Numbered from the stretch's first letter, positions 32,876 through 44,089 are shown. The stretch is DNA of 64,000 nucleotides from an uncultured Verrucomicrobiae bacterium (GCA_963726745.1 CAVSDR010000003.1:416001-480000), one strand, 5' to 3'. The notes: generated from the letters alone by a model not told the origin. A program made the numbers and translations.

Positions 32876-35011
32876 CTACCGGATCAGCTTCTCGAGGCTC
32901 GGGTTTGCTTCCGCGCCCAGCTCCATCGCCTTCGAATAATGTCGCTTCGCGAGTTCCTTCGCGGGCGGCTTATTCGTCGCGTAGATCACCGCGAGATTGT
33001 AGTGCGCGTCGACGTAGTCCGGATTGGCCGCGATCGCCTCGAGCATTTCCTTCTCGGCCGCTTCCTGCCAGCCCTTCTCGCTCGCGGTGATGCCGAGATA
33101 ATTGTGGGCGATGAAGCTCTTGGGATTAATCGCCAGCGCTTTGGTCAACTCCGTGACCGCCTCGTCGAACTTCGCCTGCCGGTAGTAGACGATCCCGAGC
33201 GTGCGCCGGGTAAACTCATCCTTCGGCGCGAGCGTGACCGCTTTCTTGAGGGTCAACTCCGCGGCTTTGAGCCGGCCGGTGCGGAAGTAGACCGCGCCCA
33301 AATTAGACAGCGCGTAAAGATTGTTCGGGCTTTTGGTCAGGATCTCTTCGTAGTTCTTTTCCGCTGCGCGGAACTTGCCGCCATCGAAGTTCTCCTTCGC
33401 CTCGCGCGCCACCGGGATGAGTTCCTCGGGCACGCTCGGCTTGAAGGTGGTCTCGACGTTCGGGCCTGCACCGGGTTTCGCGCCTTCCTTCGGTAGGGCG
33501 AAGCTCGCGGTCATGCCGCCCTGGGTCGCGCCCGTGCTGCCATCGGAAGTGGTCACCACCGGCATGCGCAGAAGCGCCAGCTCCTCGGTGGTCAATTTCG
33601 CGACCGGCTGCGCGAGCAATTCAATCTGCTGGTTGAGCGTCTCCGACTTGATCTGGAGCTTGTCGAACTCCGCGAGCATGAGCTTCTTCGCCTGTTCGCG
33701 GCGGGCTTCCTCCTGCCGCTCGCGCATGACGATGTTGCGCAGCATTTCGTTTTCCTTGGTCAAACGCGCGGTCTCTTCCGGGTTCGCCCCGGTGGTGCGG
33801 GCCTGCGCGAGCTGCGTGCTGGTTTCATCCAACTGCGTGCGCAATTCCGCGATCGTGCCCTCGAAGTCCTGGTTCTGCTTCTGGCTGGCGGCGAGTTGCT
33901 GCTTCAGCTGCTCGACCTGGCGCCGGACCTCGGCGATTTCCTGCTCCTTCTCCGGCTTGCCTTCGCTGATCTCGCGGATCGATTTCTCGGCCTCGGCCAG
34001 CTTCTTTTGCAGGTCGGAATTTTCCGCAACCAGGGTCTGCACGCGCTCCTGCGCCTGCTTGGAATTCTTCAACTCCGCGACCAGCTGATCGCGTTCCTGC
34101 GTGACCGCGGCAATCTGCGAATTGGCGTCGGTCAGCTTCGCGCTGGCGTCTTCCTTCTCCTTCTCGGCGGCCGCGCGGCCCTGCTCGGCGGCGAGGAGCG
34201 CGCCCTTGAGTTGCGCAATTTCCGCCCGGAGCGCTTCGCTCGCTTTGCTGTCGCCGCTACCGGAAGCCTGCACTTTCTTGAGTGAATCCTGCGCCTTCGC
34301 GAGTTGTTCGCGCGCGGTTTTCTCGGCCCCCGCGGTCTTCTGCAATTCCGTCTGCGCCTGCGTGAGCTTGCTGTTTGTTTCCTGGAGCTTCTCGTTGAGC
34401 GCTTCTTTTTCCTTCTGCACCGAGCTGTATTCCCGGCGCGACTTTTGCAAGTCGGCGGTTAATTGGTCGACCTTCTCCTGCAATTCTTTCGTGGCTTTCT
34501 TGATCGCGGCTTCGCTCGGCGCGGCGGCGGGCGGCGCGGGAGCGGCGGCGATTGCGCTGGGCGCCGGGGTTGCGCTCGCGCGCAACGGCAGGCGCGCCTC
34601 GCCGGCGTGGGTGGTCCCGATCTCCACGCTCGGCTCGGCCGGGCCGGCGTCCTGCGGGAGGAGCGGCGCGCCGCCGGGAGCGGGCTCGGAAGTCGCGGCA
34701 AGGTCTGCTTGCGTGCCGATCTTGCCCTGAACCCGGAGGATGCTTTCGCTGACCTTGCGCGAGCGATACTCGACGATCGCCGGCTGCCATTCGCCATGCG
34801 CTTTTTTCAATTCCTCGAGCAGGCTGCCGGCGAAACGAAACTTCACCAGCGCCGCCTTAAATTGGTTATCGTGCTCGAGCTTTTCGCCCTGCTGCGAGGT
34901 CATGTAAGCCTTGAGGAAGACTTCGCTGGGATCATCGGACTGAGCCCGCAGCTCGACTGGCGCAACGAGGAGCGAAAAACCGGCGATTAAAATCAGACCG
35001 ATTTTCTTCAT
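32876..35011 (-). CDS. Secreted coiled-coil/TPR protein
   Basis: Signal peptide MKKIGLILIAG, long heptad region, C-terminal TPRs (ALSNLGAVY, AHNYLGI, AHYNLAVIY). Confidence 0.85.
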   Translation of the reverse strand: MKKIGLILIAGFSLLVAPVELRAQSDDPSEVFLKAYMTSQQGEKLEHDNQFKAALVKFRFAGSLLEELKKAHGEWQPAIVEYRSRKVSESILRVQGKIGTQADLAATSEPAPGGAPLLPQDAGPAEPSVEIGTTHAGEARLPLRASATPAPSAIAAAPAPPAAAPSEAAIKKATKELQEKVDQLTADLQKSRREYSSVQKEKEALNEKLQETNSKLTQAQTELQKTAGAEKTAREQLAKAQDSLKKVQASGSGDSKASEALRAEIAQLKGALLAAEQGRAAAEKEKEDASAKLTDANSQIAAVTQERDQLVAELKNSKQAQERVQTLVAENSDLQKKLAEAEKSIREISEGKPEKEQEIAEVRRQVEQLKQQLAASQKQNQDFEGTIAELRTQLDETSTQLAQARTTGANPEETARLTKENEMLRNIVMRERQEEARREQAKKLMLAEFDKLQIKSETLNQQIELLAQPVAKLTTEELALLRMPVVTTSDGSTGATQGGMTASFALPKEGAKPGAGPNVETTFKPSVPEELIPVAREAKENFDGGKFRAAEKNYEEILTKSPNNLYALSNLGAVYFRTGRLKAAELTLKKAVTLAPKDEFTRRTLGIVYYRQAKFDEAVTELTKALAINPKSFIAHNYLGITASEKGWQEAAEKEMLEAIAANPDYVDAHYNLAVIYATNKPPAKELAKRHYSKAMELGAEANPSLEKLIR

Positions 35012-35153
35012 GCGTTCGGAAAGGCGGACCATAACTGAGGGCGAGGCGGTTGCAACGTCGCGCTGGGCGACCTCCTCAACCATAGCCGACGGCATGCCAC
35101 CTCGCCTTTGCCTTTGCAAACGCGCCTCGCAAAACTAGATTGCGCCGCTTGTT

Positions 35154-35226
35154 GGTGGCCATAGCTCAATGGTAGAGCTCCAGATTGTGATTCTGGCTGT
35201 TGCGGGTTCGAGTCCCGTTGGCCACC
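35154..35226 (+). tRNA. tRNA-His(GTG)
   Basis: G(-1)GTGGCCATAGCTCAATGGTAGAGCTCCAGATTGTGATTCTGGCTGTTGCGGGTTCGAGTCCCGTTGGCCACC. Confidence 0.95.
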
Positions 35227-35632
35227 CATCCTGCCGGCTAAATTCGCCGGGCCAGACCCCGCTGGCACGGCCAGTGCTAAAAGGGCAGGCGTGAACCAGC
35301 TTCTCCCATCTCCCAAGGTGACGGCGCCTGTGGCCCTCACGGGATTTTGGCAGCAACTCCTCGGTGACGCTTCCCTGCGTGACTGCGGTGATCTCGAGAA
35401 ACTCGTGACCGGCTGCGAGATCATCGCCGCCCTCGACGATCTCGCGCTGCTCGACTCCTAAACCGCGGCCTCACTCACGTGCGTCGGCAGACCCCGTCGC
35501 GCAACGGCTCACCCAGCGTCTGGCCGCGAAGTGTCGCCCGCGGGCAAGGCCACTTCCTCGCCCACGGCCACGGTCGACTCTCGTTAGGAATTCACTTCCC
35601 GGCACGGGGCGCTTCGCGGCATACTCGCAGCC

Positions 35633-36220
35633 ATGGCGATGCGCATCTTGCTGGCTGGCTTTCTCGGCGCGGTGGCGATGTTTTTCTGGGCCTTCATCGC
35701 GCACATGGTATTGCCGCTGGGCGAAGCCGGCACGTCCGAGCTCCCGAACGAGAAAGCGGTGCTCGCGAGCCTGCAGGATAACCTGGGCGACCAACGCGGC
35801 TTTTACATTTTCCCGGGTTCCGGGCTCGGACCCGACGCGACCACCGCAGAGAAACGCGCGGCCATGGAGGAGAGCGTGAAAACCTTCCACACCAAGCCAA
35901 GCGGCGTGCTCGTCTACCGGCCGCCGGGCCGCCATTTCGACTTCGCGAAGTGCCTCTCGGTCGAGTTCCTTCTCGAGCTGATCGAAGCGCTGATCGCGGT
36001 CACCCTGCTCGCGCAAACTCGCATCCACACCTTCATCGGGCGGGTCCTTTTCGTCACCAGCATCGGCGTAGTCGCGGCGATCACGACCAACCTTTCCTAC
36101 TGGAATTGGTATGGCTTCCCGAAGCTCTACACGCTCTCCTACATGACCACGCAGGCGGTCGGCTTCGTCTGCGCGGGCCTGGTCGCAGCGTTGATCTTGC
36201 GGAAAACGACGTTTCGTTAG
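35633..36220 (+). CDS. Membrane protein of unknown function
   Basis: Four hydrophobic segments; SYWNWYGFP motif. Confidence 0.75.
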   Translation: MAMRILLAGFLGAVAMFFWAFIAHMVLPLGEAGTSELPNEKAVLASLQDNLGDQRGFYIFPGSGLGPDATTAEKRAAMEESVKTFHTKPSGVLVYRPPGRHFDFAKCLSVEFLLELIEALIAVTLLAQTRIHTFIGRVLFVTSIGVVAAITTNLSYWNWYGFPKLYTLSYMTTQAVGFVCAGLVAALILRKTTFR

Positions 36221-36792
36221 GCTGCGGCGGTCTTCGCGGCCTGCGCCTCGTGCCGGCCCTCCGCGAATTCCTCGATCATCTTGCGATTAAACGCCGGGAT
36301 GTCGTCGGGCTTGCGCGAGGTCACGAGTCCGTGGTCGGTCACGACTTCTTCGTCGACCCAATGGCCGCCGGCGTTTTTGACGTCCGTCTGGATGGCAGGC
36401 CATGAGGTCAGCTTGCGACCCTTGACGACGCCGGCGTCGATCAGCACCCAGGGGCCGTGGCAAATCGATGCGACCGGCTTGCCGGCAGTGAAGAAGTGCT
36501 TCGCAAACTCCACCGCCGCAGGCGTGGAACGGAGCTCGTCCGGGTTCATCAAACCGCCGGGAATGAGGAGCGCGTCGAAGTCATCCGGCCGCGCCTGGTC
36601 CAGAGTCAAATCGACGTCAAACTGGTCGCCTTTATCGGCGTGATTCATCCCTTGGATCTGGCCGGGCTTGGTCGAGACGATCGTGGTCTTCGCGCCCGCT
36701 TCGTCGAGTGCCGCGCGCGGCTTCGTCATCTCCACTTGTTCAAATCCACTTGCGACCAGGATCGCCACCTTTTTTCCATCAAGCTTGCCCAT
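36217..36792 (-). CDS. PfpI/DJ-1 family (YhbO-like) protein
   Basis: GFEQVEM, LLIPGGLMNPDELR, SICHGPW, LVTSRKPDDIPAF. Confidence 0.93.
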   Translation of the reverse strand: MGKLDGKKVAILVASGFEQVEMTKPRAALDEAGAKTTIVSTKPGQIQGMNHADKGDQFDVDLTLDQARPDDFDALLIPGGLMNPDELRSTPAAVEFAKHFFTAGKPVASICHGPWVLIDAGVVKGRKLTSWPAIQTDVKNAGGHWVDEEVVTDHGLVTSRKPDDIPAFNRKMIEEFAEGRHEAQAAKTAAA

Positions 36793-36828
36793 GCCCTAAC
36801 TACGCGGCGCGAGCTGCTGTCGGACGCG

Positions 36829-37242
36829 CTAGAGCTCGTGCGTCATCGGAAGCGCGCCAGAAATTTCCTCCCAGCCCTGGCGCAGCCAAAACTCCCGACC
36901 GGATGCGTTGTCGCCCGCGACCAGGATGATCACCCGCGGAATCCCGGCCGCGCGCAGGCCCGCGAGAGCATCAGCCAGCAACTTCTGCCCCACGCCGCGA
37001 CCGCGGAATTCCGCCGCGACCGCGAGGTGATAGATGAAGCCGCGGCGCCCGTCGTGCCCGCAAAGGACCGCGCCTGCGAGCGTGCCGTTTTCCTCGGCTA
37101 CGCGGCTCAGCATGGGATTGCGCGCGAGATAGCCGGCGATCTCTGCCCGGCTGTCGCCTTCGCAGATTTCCACGCCTTCGACCGCGCGCCAGAGCGCGAC
37201 CGCGCGCTCGTAATCCTCCAGCCGGAACGCCCGTGTTTCCAC
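36829..37242 (-). CDS. GNAT acetyltransferase (YpeA-like)
   Basis: GAVLCGHDGRRGFIYHLAV...RGRGVG, FWLRQGW. Confidence 0.85.
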   Translation of the reverse strand: METRAFRLEDYERAVALWRAVEGVEICEGDSRAEIAGYLARNPMLSRVAEENGTLAGAVLCGHDGRRGFIYHLAVAAEFRGRGVGQKLLADALAGLRAAGIPRVIILVAGDNASGREFWLRQGWEEISGALPMTHEL

Positions 37243-37291
37243 CGCGCGACCATGGCGTTGCCGATGCGCGAGTTCAACGCTAGTTCTCGGC

Positions 37292-38963
37292 ATGAAGACG
37301 TCCCTCGCGCTCGCGTTTTTTCTCCCCCTGGCCGCAATCGCCGCGGCCGCGCCAGACACAAAAGAGCTGCAGCAAATGAGCGCGCGCTTCGCCCCGACCG
37401 AGCTCACGGCCGACCTCTCGAAGTTGTCGCCTAACGACCGGAAGGTGCTGGCAAAACTGGTCCGCGTCTCGAAGCTGATCGACGCGATTTTTCTGCGCCA
37501 GGTGTGGGGCGGGAATGTCGCGATGCTGCTCGACTTGAGCGCCGATCCCTCGCCCGCAGGCCGCGCGCGCTTGCACTATTTTCTGCTGAACCGCGGTCCC
37601 TGGTCGCGGCTCGATGGCGACCAGCCGTTCGTCCCCGGCGCGCCGGCCAAGCCGGAAAACGCCGGCTTCTATCCGGACGACGCGAAGAAGGAGGAGGTGG
37701 AGAAATGGATCGCCAGCCTGCCGCCGGAGGAAGCGAAGCAGGCGCGGAGTTTCTTCACCGTGGTGCGGCGCGACGCCGACGGGCGCGACTTCCGTCTGGT
37801 GCCCTACAACATGGAATACCAGAGCCCGCTGCTCGAGGCGGCGCAGCTCCTGCGCGAAGCCGCGGCGCTCGCGAGCGAGCCGTCGTTGCAAAAGTTTCTC
37901 GAGGCGCGCGCGGAAGCTTTCCTAACGAACGACTACTACGCGAGCGACGTCGCCTGGATGGAATTAGACAGCAAGATCGAGCCGACCATCGGGCCCTACG
38001 AAGTCTACGAGGACGGCTGGTTCAATTACAAAGCCGCCTTCGAATCGTTCATCGGCGATTCTCGACGAAAGCGAAAGCGCGAAGCTGCAGAAATTCTCCG
38101 GCGAGCTGCAGGAGATCGAGAACCATTTGCCGATCGATCCGAAGTATCGCAACCCGCAGCTCGGCGCGCTCGCGCCCATCGTGGTGATCAACGAAATCTT
38201 CTGCGCAGGCGATGCGAATCACGGCGTGCAGACCGCCGCCTTCAATCTGCCGAATGACGAGCGCGTGGTCGCGGAGAAAGGGACCAAGCGGGTGATGCTC
38301 AAGAATGTGCAGGACGCGAAGTTCGCCAAGACGCTGGTGCCGATCTCGAAAGTCGTGCTCAGCCCGGCGGACCAAAAGGATCTCTCCTTCGAAGCCTTCT
38401 TCACGCACATCCTGGTGCACGAATTGATGCACGGCCTCGGGCCGCACAACCTCACGCTCGACGGCCGCAAGACGACCGTGCGCCAGGAGATGAAGGAAGC
38501 TGGGAGCGCGCTCGAGGAAGCGAAGGCGGATATCGCGGGCCTGTTTGCGATCCAGCATATGATCGACCGGGGCGTGCTTCCGAAGACGCTCGAGCGCCCG
38601 CTTTACACCACCTTCCTGGCCTCGGCCTTTCGCACGATCCGTTTCGGGATCAACGAAGCGCACGGCAAAGGCCAGGCGATGCAGTTAAATTATCTGCTCG
38701 ATGCGGGTGGCTTTGCGGTGCGGCCGGATGGAACGTTTGCGGTCGAGCCGACGAAGATCAAAGAAGCGGTCGCGAAATTAACCGGCGAGTTCATGACCCT
38801 GCAGGCCGAGGGCGCTTACGAGAAAGCCAAGGCGATGCAGGAGCGGCTGGGCGTGATTCGCCCGGAAGTGGAGCGCGCGCTCGGGAAGATGAAAAACATC
38901 CCGGTGGATATCGAGCCGCGCTTCGTGACCGCGGAGCAACTGCTGCGCGACGAGGCTCAGTAA
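37292..38963 (+). CDS. Peptidase M49 (dipeptidyl peptidase III-like, HEXXH type), secreted; apparent frameshift near 38055
   Basis: IGPYEVYED, AFNLPNDERV, HELMHGLGP, LEEAKAD. Confidence 0.85.
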
Positions 38964-39518
38964 AGGAGCGGCACCAGGCGCTTCGTCCGCCGCATGTAGG
39001 CGGTGTAGGTCTCGCCGAGTGCGCCCGCGAGCGCGCGTTCCTCGACATTCATCCGGTGGATGAAGGCGCCGAAAATAGGCAGCAGGATGACGAGGATGGC
39101 GGCCCAGTTGCCTAACGAGAGGGCAAAGCCGACGAAGGCCAGCAGCACGCCGGTGTAAGAGGGATGCCGGACGACGCGGAAGGGCCCGCGCTCGACCAGT
39201 TGGTGATCGCGCTCGATCGAGACATCGACGGTGAAAAAGCGCCCGAGCGTGATGATGGCCCACCAGCGCAGGATCAAGCCCAGCGCGAACAGGAGCACGC
39301 TCCCGACCGCCAGCGCGCGGGTGTAGGGGAGCGCCGCAATGCGAAAATGTAACGCCACCGCGAGGCCGGCAACGATGCTCGCCCGCGATCACCAGCCAGA
39401 GCATCCCGAGGGTGCTTTGGTCCTGCTTTTTCCCAGTGGCGCTGCGCGAACGCCGGGTCGCGGTCAGGAGCAACTCCGAGAGGAGATAGATCAAGCCGAG
39501 CTTTGCAGGCAGCGACAT
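38957..39518 (-). CDS. Isoprenylcysteine carboxyl methyltransferase family protein (apparent frameshift near 39385)
   Basis: LGRFFTVDV, HQLVERGPFRVVRHPSYTG, VEERAL, YMRRTKRLVP. Confidence 0.85.
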
Positions 39519-39522
39519 CGCG

Positions 39523-39837
39523 TTAGCCGGCTTTCTCTTCGGCGTCCTCGCCGCGGTCGACGATGTCGCCGCTGGTGAAGAGGACATCCTTCGCGATCTC
39601 ACGCCAGAGCGGCTTCGTGCGCAGGAGCCACTCGAGGTCCATCGAGAAGTGTTTGAACTCTTCCTTCTGCGCGTTCTCCATGATCGCGCGCGCGCTCTCA
39701 TCTTTTTCCACCGACATGCGCTGCTCGTACCAATTGATTGCTTCCGCTTCTTCGCCGAGCGCGGCGATCATGCGGGCAAAGGTGCGCGTTTCTGCAGAAA
39801 GTTCGCTGGCCGGTTCGTGGTATTGGTCGAAGCCCAT
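39523..39837 (-). CDS. Short ferritin-like protein resembling encapsulin-associated ferritins
   Basis: YHEP..ELS.ETR, EEAEAINWYEQR, EEFKHFSMDLEWL. Confidence 0.75.
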   Translation of the reverse strand: MGFDQYHEPASELSAETRTFARMIAALGEEAEAINWYEQRMSVEKDESARAIMENAQKEEFKHFSMDLEWLLRTKPLWREIAKDVLFTSGDIVDRGEDAEEKAG

Positions 39838-39932
39838 GGAGCCTTCTACACTGGCGCCGCCGGAGCGCAATCAGCGGCCCGGAGGAGAGTCCGGCCCACG
39901 GGGTCGCACGACGGGCGGCGCGGGCGGGGCGG

Positions 39933-41193
39933 CTAGAGCTCGGGCGCGGCCGCGGCGGAGATGTGGTGGAGCGGATTGAGAAAGTTCAGCTTGCCGGTGT
40001 CGTCGAGCGTGATCTCGCGCGAGCGGTCGCGGTCGCGCACAAAAAGGCGCGTTTGCTCGGCGGCGAAAGCCGGGCTGAGGACGTTCATGTTCGCCTCGTC
40101 GTTCAAGCGCAGGGTGCGCAGGTCGAGATTGCCCGAGCCGACGGAAACGAAGACACCGTCCACCACCATGAGCTTCACATGCACCATCGCGGGCTCGTAT
40201 TCGTAGATGCGAATGCCGGCGCGGAGCAGCTCCGGCCAATGCTTGCGCGAAGCGATGCGGACCATCTTTTGGTCGATGTGTTTCCCCGGAACCACGATCT
40301 CCACCTTCGCCCCGCGCTTCGCCGCGGAGATCAATTCCTTGCGCAACATCTCGTCGGGTAAAAAGTAGGCGTTCTCGATCAAGAGCGAGCGCTGCGCGGA
40401 AGCGATCGCGAGCAGATACATCAGGCGAATGTCGCCGTTGCCCTGCCGCGGCGAGCTGCGGAAAGCCTGCGCGCTGAGGCTTCCGGTCGGGGCGAGCGGC
40501 GGGAAATAATCCGGCCCGTGGAGGACGGTGCCGTCAGTCTTCAGCCAATCGTCCATGAAGGTGGCCTGGAGCTGCGCGACCACCGGGCCGGTGACGCGAT
40601 AGTGGTTGTCGCGCCAATGCTCCGCGGTGTCACCGTTGCCGAGCCATTCATCGGCAATGCCGACGCCGCCGATGAAGCCGACGCGGCCATCGACGATCAA
40701 AAGTTTGCGGTGCGTGCGATTGTTGAAACGCCGCACGTCCCAGAAAAGGAGCGGGTGATACTTCACCACTTTGGCCCCGGCGCTCTGCAGCTTCTGGAGA
40801 TTCTCGCGGCCCATTTTGCCGGTGCCCTGGGCATCGAGAATCACGTTCACCTGCACGCCGGCGCGGGCGCGTTCCGCGAAAGCGTCGGCAAATTTCTTGC
40901 GCAATCTCGCCGTCCCAATAGACGTAGGTCTCGAAGTTGATCGTGCGTTTAGCCGACGCGATCGCCGCCAGCATCGAGGGGAAAATCTCCCGGCCGTTGA
41001 CCAGCGTCTGGATGCTGTTGCCCGGGACGTAATGGCCGCCGAGGAGCGCGCCGCTGGCTTGCTTGAAGGTGGGCGCGGCCGCGGAGTAAAGCGGCTGCAC
41101 CTCGCGCTTCGCCTCGCGGGAGTCGCGGCTGGCGCAGCTGGAGAAAATGCCGGCTAACGAGAGCAAAAGCGCGGCGCGGGAAAGGTGGTTCAT
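39933..41193 (-). CDS. Cardiolipin synthase-like phospholipase D (apparent frameshift near 40905)
   Basis: Two HKD motifs (HRKLLIVD, HVKLMVVD); LVNGREIFP; lipobox-like N-terminus. Confidence 0.88.
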
Positions 41194-41561
41194 TCGGATT
41201 TTTTCGAATCGAAGAGGCGCAACCGCGCGGCGAAATACTCCGCCGCATCCTCGGTTTTGCCGTCGGCCAGGCGCACCTGGTATTTCCGGTGGGTCAGCGA
41301 AGACTCGGAGGCAAGGAACTTCACAAATTGCTCCGCGGTCTGGATCCGCTCACCGGCGTAATCGAGTTTCATCCGCAAATGCTTGGCCGCCGCCGGGCCG
41401 TCGTGGGCAGAGCCGTTGCGGATGAATTGGATGCCCTTGGCCTCCTCGACATCGTGCAGGAGATAATCGATCCGCGCCTGCTCGTGGGGCGAACGCGCCC
41501 AGGCGCTCGCGGAGCCGAAGAGCAAAGCCGCGAGCAGAAGCAGACGGAAAAGAGGCGCCAT
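41190..41561 (-). CDS. DUF5329 (YfeK-like) protein
   Basis: Signal peptide, FIRNGSAH...AAAKHLRMK, TAEQFV..LAS.SS. Confidence 0.75.
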   Translation of the reverse strand: MAPLFRLLLLAALLFGSASAWARSPHEQARIDYLLHDVEEAKGIQFIRNGSAHDGPAAAKHLRMKLDYAGERIQTAEQFVKFLASESSLTHRKYQVRLADGKTEDAAEYFAARLRLFDSKKSE

Positions 41562-41575
41562 GAGAGGAGCGTCGC

Positions 41576-42055
41576 TCAGCTCGCGCTGATGTCGCTGACG
41601 ATTTTGCGTGCGACATTGCGCGCCTCGATCTCCAGCGGGCCGACGCCGAAACCGGCCGCGTCCAGCCGCTCGTCGAAGTAGAGCTTCATGAACTCCGGCA
41701 GGCTGCCGGCACGTTCGTATTGTGAAATGTGCACCAGCAGATGGGCGAGCAATTCCTGGTCGCCCCAAGCATCGACGCGCAGAATAATCCCATAGCCGAA
41801 GGAGATTCCGCGGCAGGCATGCGTAACGATATTGGTGCGCAGAGAAGCCGCGCGCAGCCCGGCATCCTCGGGCAGTGGCACCTTGTCCACCGCGACGATG
41901 CGAACACGTTCCGGTTGTTGCACGCCAGCGAGGCGAGCCTTGGTTAATTGCCTGGGTGCGAGCGGAATCCCAATGCCAAGAACCATCAGTTCCTGGCGCT
42001 GGGCCCAATCCAAGGCCAACGGGTAAAGGGTGTCGAATTCTTCTTGGTTAAACAT
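41576..42055 (-). CDS. Hypothetical protein with degenerate zincin-like motif
   Basis: GISFGYGI, LLAHLLVHISQYER, PLEIEAR. Confidence 0.65.
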   Translation of the reverse strand: MFNQEEFDTLYPLALDWAQRQELMVLGIGIPLAPRQLTKARLAGVQQPERVRIVAVDKVPLPEDAGLRAASLRTNIVTHACRGISFGYGIILRVDAWGDQELLAHLLVHISQYERAGSLPEFMKLYFDERLDAAGFGVGPLEIEARNVARKIVSDISAS

Positions 42056-42242
42056 GATCTGGAGGGGGGCGACACGAGAAGCTTAAGCAGGAAGCGGTCC
42101 GAAAACCGCGGACGACGCTGGTATTTCCGCTGCTGCCCAGCTATGGCTGGAAACTTCTGGTTTTTTTATTTCGGAAGAGATACGCCGAGCGGTTGCCTTT
42201 CCTTTCCTTGACTTCGCTCGGCCGGTTCCAGACCTTCGCGCC

Positions 42243-42578
42243 TTGGCCTTCCCACCGCAACACCCGCGTCGCTACTTGATCGTGACCACGGTGCTGAGCG
42301 CGCTCGCCGCCTTGGCCGGTGCAATGCCGGCGTTGATGTCGGTGATGATGTTCGACGCGCCCGGCTCGACCAGTAACCCGTGGACCATCTTGCTGTTTAT
42401 TTCCACGATCACCTTCCCGCTAAACTGCGTGGCCGCGATCGCGCTTTCCTGGCTGCTCTATCTGGTGAAATGGCCACGCCTGGCCTGCTGGCTGACGCTC
42501 CTGCCGCTGCTTAATCTCCTCCTTGGCGCGGTTGCGCTCGCCGGCCTCCAGTTGCTGCACGGCGGCCAGTTTTCCTAG
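42243..42578 (+). CDS. Small membrane protein
   Basis: Three hydrophobic segments, MMFDAPGS; TTG start. Confidence 0.6.
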   Translation: MAFPPQHPRRYLIVTTVLSALAALAGAMPALMSVMMFDAPGSTSNPWTILLFISTITFPLNCVAAIALSWLLYLVKWPRLACWLTLLPLLNLLLGAVALAGLQLLHGGQFS

Positions 42579-42643
42579 ACGAGGTCGTTTCGTGACCGGG
42601 CAGACAGCCGTCGCGCTGGCGCTCACGATTCCAAAGCGTGCCC

Positions 42644-44050
42644 ATGATTTCCCCGCCACCGAGCGCGCGCCCCGCCGAGAAGGCGCTGGCTCGATTTGTC
42701 ACCTGGCGGCGGGTGCTGGCCGCAGGCGTGGTTTTGCTCCTGCTCGCGGCGGCAATCTTCCTCTTCCTCGCCCTCTTCTCCGCGCCCATTCTCGAGGCGG
42801 AGAAAATTCGCACGCTCATCGCCTCGCGGATTGGCCAGAAAGTCGAGGGCACCGCCGGCCTCCTTCCCTTCCGCGCCGGGCCGCTCTCCGTGGTCTCGCC
42901 GGGTCTGGTCGTGACCGCGGACCCGCCGCGCGCGCTCACCGAACTGCGTGCGTCGCACATCGCGGCGCGCGTGAGCTTGATTGAGCTTTGGCGTGGCAAA
43001 TGGCGCATCGACCGCCTGAACGCAGACCATCTCCAGGTGGCTTACGGGGCGGCGGCCGCGAAGACGATCGACCGCTCGGAGTTCCCCGCGCCGGAGATGG
43101 TGCCAGCGGCCACGAGCGAATCGCTCATGAGCGTGGACGTGCGCCAGGTGGCGATCGACCGCACCGACCTCACTTGGGCCGACCCGGAGAAGGACGGCGG
43201 GAAATTTCGCGACGTGCAGACGTTCTTCCGGCCGGACGGCAAGAACCTCGTGGTCGAGGGAAACGGCGGGACCTTTCGGCAGGCAAAATTCCCCGAGCTT
43301 GCGGTCGTGAGCTTCAAGCTCTTCTACGAAAAGCCCACGCTCCGGATCGACCAGAGCCGGCTGACGCTCGGCCACGGGAGCGCGGTGGAGGTGCGGGGGC
43401 AATTTCGCTTTGAGGACGAGGCCTCTCTCGATCTCGCGCTCACGCTCACACGCTGCCCCATCGGGCCGTTCCTCCAGAGCGAGTCCGCGCGGGATAAACT
43501 CGAGGGCACCTTCCACGGGGATGCCCACCTGCAAAAGCAAATGGGCGACGCGGCCTCGCTCCGCGCCGAGGGCAAACTCGCGATCGACCGGCTTTTGGTG
43601 AAAAACGTCCCGGCGCTCGCGAAGGCCGCGGCCTTCACCGGAAAGCGCGAGCTCGCGCCCTTGCGCGTGGATGAACTCAGCGGCGAGTATCGTTGGGAGG
43701 GCGGCGAGCTTTCAGTGCGCCATCTTCGCGCGGAAGCGCAGCACCTCCTCGCCGTGCGCGGCCAGTTCACCTTCGAGGCCGGGAAAATAGCCGGCACTTT
43801 CGACCTCGGCGTGGCGCCCGATATTGCCGCGAAATTCCCCGGCGCGCGCGAAGAGGTCTTCACCCGCGAAGAGGGCGGCTATCTCTGGACCGCCGTCAAG
43901 ATTTCCGGGCCGCTGGAGCATCCACAGGACGATCTCAAGCCGCGCCTGATGCAGGCGCTGCAAAAGCATTTCCTCGGCGGCCTGCTCGAGCCCCTCCTCA
44001 AGCCGGCGCAAGGCGCGCGCGAGATCATCGGGCTGCTCTTTCCGGAATAG
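42644..44050 (+). CDS. AsmA-like envelope protein
   Basis: N-terminal TM anchor, beta-rich body, VKISGPLEHPQDDL near the C-terminus. Confidence 0.6.
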   Translation: MISPPPSARPAEKALARFVTWRRVLAAGVVLLLLAAAIFLFLALFSAPILEAEKIRTLIASRIGQKVEGTAGLLPFRAGPLSVVSPGLVVTADPPRALTELRASHIAARVSLIELWRGKWRIDRLNADHLQVAYGAAAAKTIDRSEFPAPEMVPAATSESLMSVDVRQVAIDRTDLTWADPEKDGGKFRDVQTFFRPDGKNLVVEGNGGTFRQAKFPELAVVSFKLFYEKPTLRIDQSRLTLGHGSAVEVRGQFRFEDEASLDLALTLTRCPIGPFLQSESARDKLEGTFHGDAHLQKQMGDAASLRAEGKLAIDRLLVKNVPALAKAAAFTGKRELAPLRVDELSGEYRWEGGELSVRHLRAEAQHLLAVRGQFTFEAGKIAGTFDLGVAPDIAAKFPGAREEVFTREEGGYLWTAVKISGPLEHPQDDLKPRLMQALQKHFLGGLLEPLLKPAQGAREIIGLLFPE

Positions 44051-44089
44051 CCGCCCGCCTGGAGGCACAGGCTCTGCTTCCCAGCAGGC

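Noticed and set aside
35230..35632. Possible island or gene fragment after tRNA-His
   Set aside because: Only a short startless fragment ending near 35461; no att duplication or mobility gene.
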